IMG/VR virus record: IMGVR_UViG_3300027833_000001
Span: 64,001-128,000 of that record
Strand: one strand, 5' to 3'
From: a virus
DNA length: 64,000 nucleotides
Numbering within the stretch: the stretch's first letter is position 1; each line of letters opens with the position of its first letter. Under the pieces are notes generated by a model. That model searched no databases and was not told the origin of the DNA. It was given only the letters and a program-made list of their open reading frames with translations. Below are positions 39,301 through 46,102 of the stretch, in pieces. The translations under genes were made by a program, and so were the position numbers.

Positions 39301-39823
39301 TGCAAACAAAACTGCAGGAGTATTTACATACTCAACTGACAGGGTCACAGAAATATCAATTGACACTGCTGGTTCTGGATATACATCTGCTCCCGAATTA
39401 TTCTTTAGTGCAGGAGAAGCAACAGCATTTGCTCTACTAAGTGGTAATACTGTAGGAAGTTTGACATTGACAGCACCGGGAAGAGATTATAGTAGCACTC
39501 CTACTATTGTAGTAGGTACGCAACACGCTGTATCAACACAATTTGCCACAAATCAGCAAGTAGCTAATGGAGCGAATCTATATACAGTGACAACTGGAGG
39601 TACTACAGCCGCATCTGGTAGCGCACCTACTCATACTAGTGGTAGTGCAACTGATGGAACTGTAGTGTTTGCATATGCAGGAGCTGCCGCACTTGTTTCA
39701 TGTACAGTGAATACAGTAACATTTGAAGAGTTCAAGAAGTTTTCTACTAAGTTTGTCTTCTTGTCTTCTAATACATCAAAAGTTCCATATGCAAAAGACT
39801 TACGCATTATAGCGACAACATAG
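33374..39823 (+). CDS. Large virion structural/fibre protein (VrlC-like, DUF4815-type)
   Basis: LNVSPYYNDFD, VLFKPG.AVQARELTQLQS, APGADRYK, RTYEESGNY, RRYTMSDI..IEKRI..LEYYT, DPIAQTF; CBM-like module near the C-terminus. Confidence 0.82.
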   Translation: MALDLNVSPYYNDFDATKQFEKVLFKPGVAVQARELTQLQSYLSNAIKNHAEFSLTEGTRVSGGEGTVLFKPYIKINDLDSASATVVDSTLINYVGDTITGSSTGITATILSTQTGADSDNVNKKTLYLGYTGGNPTGAGSQGNAVHFDSGETLTVTSTDSGRNGDTFVVDSTRSTTDVALNYYGIGLFFVVADGVFFLKNQFVTHLRQEILLEKYNPVASYFVGLQVKETIITSDTDTSLLDPSSGSFNFNAPGADRYKVSTVLTKKTLTEDSDADFVAIDKVIDGKYYQKVTEDVGQLNEIGKILAGRTYEESGNYVTAPFSIVVDEHLKTSNNRGKFLSSNTARPGNSQKLALSIGSGTAYVNGFRHNFQTPQIVDIDKATTTQITEGQTISTGYGNYFYVNEFAGTWNIKDGTLVTIYNTAKTAVTSGTYGSTSAPGSSNIIGQARIKQIEYSSGTLGAAATVYRMYLYDISITKGKLSDAKGLYYSNSTDSGFADCVLESSKAVIKESTQNKLVFRTPYSSAKTLAAASGGSYDTQYYYQEEFDVTFAADGTATISVTGSSQFPYTGSITQTIIDRNFILVATSGSTINGTAITAGRVIPLTPAMITSASTGSLVFDLGTVSGTSTAKMFVKVVNVDSAPVPKNLISNVYVKINTATNEGGATGPWNLGISDIFRITDVYLDGDGYVETGENQRAKFLLDNGQKDNVYGHGKLKKNTNSPINTTSKYIVVKLKCFTPNYASTGGTYFAVNSYPTDDTGSAGIYTYEIPRYDSKQSGSYNLRDCIDFRPMITNTAVTATANLAAATINPSKSNTINAPTDGVQHPAPTQNFTTDVEFYLKRIDKVVITDQSEFKVFKGIPSVSPRSPIVPENQGMALVELNIPAYPSVSPFVGDAFGVPGYTVGKRLLQNRRYTMSDISRIEKRINRLEYYTALSLMEQESQNMNIVDADGNTRFKNGIFINVFTTHALSDVADPAFKCAIDPTTKRVGPAYKETRADLVFNSTTSSGVTRSGDLLTLPFTKTVFSENRFSSKARNCVGELLFAWEGDLNVYPRGANYVDTTTLDDYHVEDNSLSEFGNQLANDISKAQIISSYDVSFSSVPNEPTSQSWGAETSASDEFTTTTAFSAGAEASSSGSDAIGGRGVRGIAGVNVDTNATVDITGTVTTTGRVDSSSSISGSIITNSSTTTATATKQMLTATAAPYTTQQVAMGEKLVSAELNLYMKAMPLMYIGTRFKPNTKLYGFFDGEAQTAVKFQPVLASNVNNLIALKNQHSRPGDLLAAASAAGYLLPRGTSITSDANGIICGFYYMPGGTFMVGERQLRFTDDVKDRASFVTTSAQAPFSSSGISTVAQQTVVSTAIPKINFGQTAPVSTNVGSWTQVTSVEMGAVNMSSSVTATAKSTVDLNVDLETETHVQVTGGFDPIAQTFFVEDPEGVMATEVKVFFRKKSSTASITLQLREVVNGYPSRSVLPYGEVNLAPSQVTVTTEDADGTIRFSPEGQPANPYTTTFAFEAPVQLKGNTEYCFVLLPAGNSPDYEVWCSELGQNKVGVGVQNQRIFAEDTNIGGILFTSSNNRTWNAHQSEDMTYQITKAVYASSNGTVHLENGNTDYIIGESYSGGRPAVGTVVHGWKATLTSGGSGHAVNDIVTLANATDSGGNTLTGVKAKVTTVSGGAITAFAISDPGTLADNWTGNPGGLNQLSTSGTGTGASISLVLARGRVTNSNPITEQIDVDVDTGHFRNQTDGALITPIGNGTTFFTNTAIEDRKFNQVRTTMNLVENDGIMTYEYAPTKSSNVSSVSTTYEVLGLNVRKNTADEKSIRSYSNEDYYLSGADTKSLHFKITLPAGTNTNLSPVLDLSALGLLTVQNLLNNDSTNETTNDGNALSRYINKPVVLADGMEAQDVVLQVALLQPPGASIEVYGKFQAEADDANFNEDLPWIKLARDDDWSPIGSSVTQSAFVDFGFKIPDANKTAGVFTYSTDRVTEISIDTAGSGYTSAPELFFSAGEATAFALLSGNTVGSLTLTAPGRDYSSTPTIVVGTQHAVSTQFATNQQVANGANLYTVTTGGTTAASGSAPTHTSGSATDGTVVFAYAGAAALVSCTVNTVTFEEFKKFSTKFVFLSSNTSKVPYAKDLRIIATT

Positions 39824-39840
39824 GATAGGAAGTATAAATA

Positions 39841-40047
39841 ATGTTGCAAGCAGAAAAAATAATAAGAGATCCTTCTACTGGAGCAATATTATCTACCGAT
39901 GTTGCAGGCTTGAGGGCTTTTAAGAAAAAAAGAGAGATTCAGCGAATGCAAGCTACAACTATTGTCGAAATGTCTGATGATATAAATAGTCTAAAAGATG
40001 AACTCTCAGAGATCAAATTACTTTTAAAGTCAATAATTCAACGCTGA
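39841..40047 (+). CDS. Small coiled-coil protein
   Basis: RDPSTGAIL, DINSLKDELSEIKLLL; follows the large structural gene. Confidence 0.75.
   Translation: MLQAEKIIRDPSTGAILSTDVAGLRAFKKKREIQRMQATTIVEMSDDINSLKDELSEIKLLLKSIIQR
39981..39988 (+). promoter_or_regulatory. T4 late promoter (a second copy is at 39833-39840)
   Basis: TATAAATA. Confidence 0.65.
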
Positions 40048-40060
40048 ACAGGAAGAGCAA

Positions 40061-40897
40061 ATGGCCACAATTACATTAAGATCAGCTAAGGGTAGTCCCC
40101 TTACAAATACTGAGGTAGATAATAACTTTACTAACCTCAATAACGACAAATACGAAAGTGGTGACAATATAGTAGCAGCCGCATTAACAGCTACTGGAAA
40201 TGTTACACTTGGAATCGCAACTGTAACTGCCGCAGGTAGTACACAGAGTGCGGCACAAGCACTTTCAAAAACTTATAACATTATATCTACAGCATCCGCT
40301 AACCAAGGTGTTAAACTACCTGACGCGGTAGCTGGATTAGTAATCAATGTCTACAACACATCTGGTGCAACGATTAAGGTTTATCCTTTCTCTGGCGATA
40401 CTATCAATGGCGGTAGTGCAGATGCTCCTGTAGACCTTGTAACTGATAACGGTGCAGAATATGTAGGAACATCAACCGGTGCATGGAGATCAGTTGGATC
40501 TGGCGGAAACAACGTACAAGATTTTACTGTTAACGGTACAGCCGAACTTTTAGGAGCAGTTAAGTATGGTATTCAGAGCGCAACTGCGGCTGGTACTGAC
40601 CAAGCTGGTGCTACTGCAATTACTGAAACTGTAGTTGTTGTTGCATCTGGTTCTGCTAATAACGGAGTAGTACTTCCTACAGCGGTAGCCGGACTAACAG
40701 TGGTCGTACAAAATTCAACAACCGCAGATTTAAAATTATACCCTAATACTTCAGATGCTATTGATGGAGCGACTGCTAACGCGGCAAAGTCTTTACCAGC
40801 AAAAACAACCATTACAGTAACTTGTAATGATGCTACAAACTGGTTATCACATAGATCGCTTGCAATATATGACGCATCTGGAACATTGATTAACTAA
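40061..40897 (+). CDS. Fibre/adaptor protein with two tandem domains
   Basis: N-terminal ITLRSAKGSPLTNTEVDNNFTNLN; duplicated TAAG.TQ..A...GV.LP.AVAGL...V.N....KxYP...D.I.G unit; C-terminal IYDASGTLIN. Confidence 0.65.
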   Translation: MATITLRSAKGSPLTNTEVDNNFTNLNNDKYESGDNIVAAALTATGNVTLGIATVTAAGSTQSAAQALSKTYNIISTASANQGVKLPDAVAGLVINVYNTSGATIKVYPFSGDTINGGSADAPVDLVTDNGAEYVGTSTGAWRSVGSGGNNVQDFTVNGTAELLGAVKYGIQSATAAGTDQAGATAITETVVVVASGSANNGVVLPTAVAGLTVVVQNSTTADLKLYPNTSDAIDGATANAAKSLPAKTTITVTCNDATNWLSHRSLAIYDASGTLIN

Positions 40898-40908
40898 GAG
40901 GATTCACA

Positions 40909-41886
40909 ATGGCTGGCCCAATTACACTAAAAGCAAGTTCGTACCCTGCAACCGCGGCAACAATCCAAGGCGTACGGGAACTTTCTTCTGCTGAAATGAG
41001 AGATCATATCGCATTTGTTATTACTAATAAGTTTGCTGGTGATCACGATGGGACTGGCACTGCTGAATTAGATACTATTACTGGCTCATTGACTTCTGGA
41101 TATACTGAAGTAGGTACTTTCACAAACAGAGAGCGTGATGAAGCAGTCGGAACTCATCCTGCAAGTGGTAACATGACCACAACAACGTATAGAATTCAAC
41201 AGAAAAATACTGTAGTTTCTGAAAGTGGCGTTGTAAGACCACTCAGATATACTGGTGGAACCATTGAAGAGATGTCTGATGGAGAAATTGACACTGAATT
41301 GCTAGATGAAGTTATTGCGGCAATGGTATTTGAAGATGCAAACACAGTCGGACAATATCATATCAAAACTACCGCACCAACTGGCGGCACATGGGCAGTA
41401 CGTGATACTATTACTGAAACTCAAGTTGATGGTACAGACGTAGCATACAATCTTTATCAAAAGACTGCTCCTACAACTGCCGCGGCTACTAATATTAACC
41501 GCTTGTTGAAGAGTGATGGTACTGGCGGTAGTGCTGAGATGACTGACGCAGAAATGGAAACTCTTGTATCTTCATTCAGAAATAGAATTATTGCTTCTGG
41601 AATAGGAACGTATCTATTGAACAGTGGATCACCTAGTGCCTCTGGAACGTGGGCTCAAATGGGTTCAACGATGACTGACCAATTAAAAACTATTTCAGCA
41701 CAAAACTATTCTGGTGGTTATACAGGATCATACACTGGTTACTATAATAGATTCTTTTCTGGATTCTTAAATGGCGCATATGCCGGTTCGTACTCTGGTA
41801 CATACACAGGAACATATGCAGGTAACACAGTACAATCATCATCATCAACACAAGAAACTAAGGCACTATTCGTAAGAACTGCCTAA
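40909..41886 (+). CDS. Virion protein with Tyr-x-Gly-x repeats
   Basis: YSGGYTGSYTGYYNRFFSGFLNGAYAGSYSGTYTGTYAG near the C-terminus; internal repeats of an E(M/L)S..E unit. Confidence 0.6.
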   Translation: MAGPITLKASSYPATAATIQGVRELSSAEMRDHIAFVITNKFAGDHDGTGTAELDTITGSLTSGYTEVGTFTNRERDEAVGTHPASGNMTTTTYRIQQKNTVVSESGVVRPLRYTGGTIEEMSDGEIDTELLDEVIAAMVFEDANTVGQYHIKTTAPTGGTWAVRDTITETQVDGTDVAYNLYQKTAPTTAAATNINRLLKSDGTGGSAEMTDAEMETLVSSFRNRIIASGIGTYLLNSGSPSASGTWAQMGSTMTDQLKTISAQNYSGGYTGSYTGYYNRFFSGFLNGAYAGSYSGTYTGTYAGNTVQSSSSTQETKALFVRTA

Positions 41887-41905
41887 AACTCTTCTATAGA
41901 AGTGA

Positions 41906-41939
41906 TATAAATATATGGCACAGAACTCAAACTGTGCCA
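41906..41939 (+). promoter_or_regulatory. Late promoter followed by an 8-bp hairpin
   Basis: TATAAATA at 41906-41913; TGGCACAG (41916-41923) pairs with CTGTGCCA (41932-41939). Confidence 0.7.
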
Positions 41940-41965
41940 GTATTTTATAATTATGAGGATTTATT

Positions 41966-42412
41966 ATGTCAGAAGAACAACCTAAGTACAAAAACCCCAT
42001 TTGGCTAAACAAAGAGAATCGCTCAATTGAGTGTGACATTCTCTATGGCAAAGAATATCAACGAAGCATAATCAATGCAGGTCCAGCTTCAGAAGGATAT
42101 GTCAATAGAGATTATGATCAGATTATGATAGACATCGGTGAAACGGAAATTGATCGTCTTACAGTCATAGATGATGAAAGTAAAGCCGAAGCGGTTGTGA
42201 AAGCAAAAGAACAAGAAGAAGTTCACAAGAATAGAATCAAACAAGAAACTCTATTTGAAATTAAACTTGAGGCTTTTGAAATTCCCATCATCAAAAATTC
42301 TAAAAATTCAGAAATGAAGAAGAAAATTCGTAGGGCAAAGAACCCACTAGAGGTTACTGCATATGCGACAATACTCATACAAGAAGAATTAGGTGCTGTA
42401 ATAGATGACTAA
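41966..42412 (+). CDS. Hypothetical protein (possible fibre-assembly chaperone)
   Basis: GAGG RBS; LFEIKLEAFEI..IKNSKN...KKKIR.AK. Confidence 0.6.
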   Translation: MSEEQPKYKNPIWLNKENRSIECDILYGKEYQRSIINAGPASEGYVNRDYDQIMIDIGETEIDRLTVIDDESKAEAVVKAKEQEEVHKNRIKQETLFEIKLEAFEIPIIKNSKNSEMKKKIRRAKNPLEVTAYATILIQEELGAVIDD

Positions 42413-43142
42413 GGGCTACGTTTATGTGGCTTCTCTGAAAAAAGACTATTACTATGCCGCCAAGCTGTCGGCACTATCTTTATTAGATTTTTATCCAGAT
42501 GCCAAAATTACACTATTCACTCATGCCGCGTGGGTTGAATTAGATGACTTCAAAATATTTGATCAGATACGAACAACGGATCTTATGGGTGTCGATATGC
42601 CCGTCAATAATCGTGCCAAGCTGTGGGCATTATCACAGACTCCATATGACTTGACAATGTACCTTGATTGTGACACCATGATAGAAGATGGAGATATACG
42701 ATTTGCGTTTGATTTTATTAGAGAACATGACATAATATTCACTAGAAATAGACCGTACAACGCCAAGATCACTAAGCTAAATGATGAAGATGAGATGATC
42801 TACCATTGCGGTGTATTCGTATATAGAAACACTGACGCAGTAAAGAAATTAATGGATGACTGGTATTACTACTACAGAATCCAATGTGCGCCCGCGCATG
42901 ATGTGAGTCCTTATCCCGAAGCAGTTAAACCATGGGATACATTTACAATGTGGTACTTACTAAATAAAACGAAGCACAAAGAAACTATTAATGTAGGAGA
43001 GTTTCCATCACCTGATGCTAGATGGAATTTTGTCATGGGTCAACGACCTGAAGAATTGGAAGGTAATGATGTAGTTGTGAGACATTACCTATTAGATAGG
43101 CACTTTAATTCAAATGAAACTATTAACGAACCTCAATCCTGA
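42405..43142 (+). CDS. GT-A fold glycosyltransferase
   Basis: RAKLWAL..TPYD.T.YLDCD (DxD), HCGVF, WD, RWNF. Confidence 0.75.
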   Translation: MTKGYVYVASLKKDYYYAAKLSALSLLDFYPDAKITLFTHAAWVELDDFKIFDQIRTTDLMGVDMPVNNRAKLWALSQTPYDLTMYLDCDTMIEDGDIRFAFDFIREHDIIFTRNRPYNAKITKLNDEDEMIYHCGVFVYRNTDAVKKLMDDWYYYYRIQCAPAHDVSPYPEAVKPWDTFTMWYLLNKTKHKETINVGEFPSPDARWNFVMGQRPEELEGNDVVVRHYLLDRHFNSNETINEPQS

Positions 43143-43764
43143 ACTGTTAGAACGCCTTGACCGCTATCGAAATTGGTTTGATGAGCAAGACGATATCAAT
43201 ACAATTATTCCTGATAAAGATAGAGAAGGTACACATACACTAGAAAGTGCAACATCTCCAGAGTATCTAAAAGAAGTACAAAAAGATACACACGCAGGCA
43301 CACCAGAATGTGCTATAGTTACTGACTTTCATATAAGTGATGGCTCACCTACAAAGTATCGAAATGCTTCCCTAGAGTTATGTACAGACGTATGTGCATT
43401 TTTAGGAGCAAAATTTACTGCCGTTCATGCATATTATCCAGCAGATGGATTTATGGGATGGCATTGTAATTGGGATACTCCTGGATATAATATTCTTTTG
43501 AGTTACAGCGAAAATGATCAAGGCTTCTTTAGGTATACAGATAAAGAAGGTAACATTGTAACGATGTATGATACACCAGGATGGTCAGCTAAGGTTGGTT
43601 ATTTTGGAGGCAAAGATGAAGACGCATCTAATATTGTTTGGCATTGTGCGGGAAGTAAATTGCCTAGACAGACATTAGGATTCGTCATTCCAGATAGAGA
43701 TATGTGGCAAATGATGATAGATGATATAGATGATAAACCTTTTAATAGAAGTCTATTCCCATGA
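43114..43764 (+). CDS. 2OG-Fe(II) oxygenase-like / cupin-fold protein
   Basis: YPADGFMGWHCN, GFFRY, WHC...RQTLGF. Confidence 0.6.
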   Translation: MKLLTNLNPELLERLDRYRNWFDEQDDINTIIPDKDREGTHTLESATSPEYLKEVQKDTHAGTPECAIVTDFHISDGSPTKYRNASLELCTDVCAFLGAKFTAVHAYYPADGFMGWHCNWDTPGYNILLSYSENDQGFFRYTDKEGNIVTMYDTPGWSAKVGYFGGKDEDASNIVWHCAGSKLPRQTLGFVIPDRDMWQMMIDDIDDKPFNRSLFP

Positions 43765-43931
43765 AGAGTCGATGGGAAGTCTGGAAACACGCTCTAGGTT
43801 CTTTTGATGAAGAAGATGGGTACGATGCACTTAATGAAGATCGCATAGCATTAATAAGAACTTTCATAGTGGGTTCTAATTTACTATGCGCTTACGTCAT
43901 TATAATTAATATCATTGTTGGTTGGTTCTAA
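43761..43931 (+). CDS. Small membrane protein (56 aa)
   Basis: MKSRWEVWKHALGSF...DRIALIRTFIV... with a hydrophobic C-terminus; ATGA overlap with the preceding gene. Not in the ORF track. Confidence 0.65.
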   Translation: MKSRWEVWKHALGSFDEEDGYDALNEDRIALIRTFIVGSNLLCAYVIIINIIVGWF

Positions 43932-44626
43932 AAGAAACCTTCTCGTTGACCTATAATCATAAATCGGTCATATACTTTCTTGCCTTCCCATGAGTAATAA
44001 GTTTGCTGTCTAGTACCTTCATATCCAACTTCATCGATTCCAACTTGATCTTTTAAATCAGCGATACTACTTACACAGTTAATACCGTACATCTCTTCAA
44101 TAACATTACTATTTTGTACTGCAAGAACAGCATTTGGATTCTTTGTAGTCAATTCTTTAAGTGGATACATTTGTTCTGTACACATACAGATAACTAGGTC
44201 AACATCAATCTTATTTAAATTTTCAAATTCAAATGGAACATCTAGATTCCAATGACGAATGTTTACAAATTTTTCTTGGGCGTAATACTTGTGAAGAATT
44301 TTAGATAACTCAATCGACTCTTCATCAATATCTACCATGTGTATTTGTGATACATCAATGTTCTCACATAGCAACGGTACTATAGGCATACCTAGCCAAG
44401 AGTTTAATATCAGTACTCTCATAGAACCAGTTTTAGTGTAGTACTCTTCCATGTACTCTTTAACTTCTTCTATTAGCCAAGTGCTGGCTTCCATGTTGTT
44501 GCCTTCTAGTGACTGTCTAAAGTCAACCAGCTTATGTGGCATTCGTTTTTCAATAACCGAGAGTGCTTCACCCCAGTTTTTAAAGTTGTTTAGAAAATTA
44601 TAATTTAATTCTTTAGAACTTGACAT
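43928..44626 (-). CDS. Class I SAM methyltransferase-like protein
   Basis: VLILNSWLG (degenerate motif I), MVDIDEE, DLVICMCTEQM, AVQNSN, RFMIIG. Confidence 0.55.
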   Translation of the reverse strand: MSSSKELNYNFLNNFKNWGEALSVIEKRMPHKLVDFRQSLEGNNMEASTWLIEEVKEYMEEYYTKTGSMRVLILNSWLGMPIVPLLCENIDVSQIHMVDIDEESIELSKILHKYYAQEKFVNIRHWNLDVPFEFENLNKIDVDLVICMCTEQMYPLKELTTKNPNAVLAVQNSNVIEEMYGINCVSSIADLKDQVGIDEVGYEGTRQQTYYSWEGKKVYDRFMIIGQREGFF

Positions 44627-45287
44627 CTTCACTTTTCCCCATTGAGTCAAAAATACATACGTATGGTAGATCACGATACACATGAGATTCAGTATCATGT
44701 GGATGGATAAAACCTTGATTGAAACTATACACCCAACCTATTGGGAATAGTTTAGTTTTTACAATTCGTCTATTATAGAAAAAGTTATCCAGACCACGAT
44801 AATACCATAATATTTGAGACTTGTATTGATTGAAATATTCAGTGATTTCATTACTATTTAGACTATCATTCCAACGAAGAACTGACGAATTTAAATCAGT
44901 GTACTTATGTGGAATGTGGCGTGTATCTTTGTATTGAGTCTCTAAGTCGTGCCACCATGTTTTAACGAAACATAAACAATCTTCAGGATCAAAGTTTGCT
45001 ATATCATCGATGTTCTTTTGTAGTATAGTATCTAAATCAAAGAACATCTTTTCACCTCTTTGAGTAACAATAGTCTCATCGAAGAGGTACATTTTATTCC
45101 ACCACTTCTCCAATTTGTTACCACCAGGCAATGAAAGTATTTTAATATCAGAATTTATATCTTTACTATCTTCAGTTAGACAATGAAACGTAAAATCTAT
45201 TGTCAGGTTCTCAAGACAACTTTCATATAGTTGATTGACATGAGATGCATTATATTTTGTACCCCATTTTACAGTATAGATATTCAT
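44613..45287 (-). CDS. Glycosyltransferase (KWG.KY family)
   Basis: TVKWGTKY, FHCLTED, WWNKMYLF, FFDLD, NSSVLRW. Confidence 0.75.
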   Translation of the reverse strand: MNIYTVKWGTKYNASHVNQLYESCLENLTIDFTFHCLTEDSKDINSDIKILSLPGGNKLEKWWNKMYLFDETIVTQRGEKMFFDLDTILQKNIDDIANFDPEDCLCFVKTWWHDLETQYKDTRHIPHKYTDLNSSVLRWNDSLNSNEITEYFNQYKSQILWYYRGLDNFFYNRRIVKTKLFPIGWVYSFNQGFIHPHDTESHVYRDLPYVCIFDSMGKSEDVKF

Positions 45288-46102
45288 TCGCCTCTCCAAT
45301 GTCTAAGAAGTTCTGGATGGGAGAGATCATCTTGTTTAGTACTTCCTCTACTTGCATCTTCAAATGGTAGTAAGTCAATATTAAATACACAGACAATACA
45401 GTGTTCTCTATACTTGGCTACATTCAAATCATCTTCATCCCATGATCTACCTCTATTCCAAGAGTATGCCATCCAAGATGGAAAATGATCCCATAAGTCT
45501 TCACCATATCTACCCCATTTCCATGAGTGGTAGTTATCAGTTCCATCTGTATATGTAAACCATATCTTCTTTTGGTTTGCCATCACATCATCCCAAATAC
45601 ACTCACATTGATCATCTGACCATACTTTACATGAGCCATTTGTATACGCTCCATGTGATAGTTTAAATCTTCTTGTTTGCATTGGTTTAGGATCTTGCCA
45701 CCACGATTTCATTTTTGTGGGTCTTTCCATATTGTATGTAATTATAGGAGTTAAGTCACCTTGAATAATTACATCTAAGTCAAAGAACACAAAGCGACCA
45801 CTAGGTTTATCAGGAGCAAAGTTGTGCGTGTTGAATACAAAAGTCTTTGCTCTGTCCCAACACCTTGCCATTCCATACTTAAAATCTTCAGCACCAAACC
45901 AATACTTAGGATGTATGTCTGGAATATCTGGGAAGTCAATTATCTGAACATCATCATCGATACCCTTAGCATCATCTGTATAGCAATAGAAATGAAACTC
46001 AAACTGATCGGGAGTATTTCTCTTTGCCATCTCTTTCAATCTGTTTACAAAATGTGGTCCATATTTCGTACCCCATTTAGCACATACATAATTTACTCTC
46101 AT
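45284..46102 (-). CDS. Glycosyltransferase (KWG.KY family)
   Basis: CAKWGTKYGP..VNRL, FYCYTDD, FFDLDVII, NGSC.VW. Confidence 0.75.
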   Translation of the reverse strand: MRVNYVCAKWGTKYGPHFVNRLKEMAKRNTPDQFEFHFYCYTDDAKGIDDDVQIIDFPDIPDIHPKYWFGAEDFKYGMARCWDRAKTFVFNTHNFAPDKPSGRFVFFDLDVIIQGDLTPIITYNMERPTKMKSWWQDPKPMQTRRFKLSHGAYTNGSCKVWSDDQCECIWDDVMANQKKIWFTYTDGTDNYHSWKWGRYGEDLWDHFPSWMAYSWNRGRSWDEDDLNVAKYREHCIVCVFNIDLLPFEDASRGSTKQDDLSHPELLRHWRGE

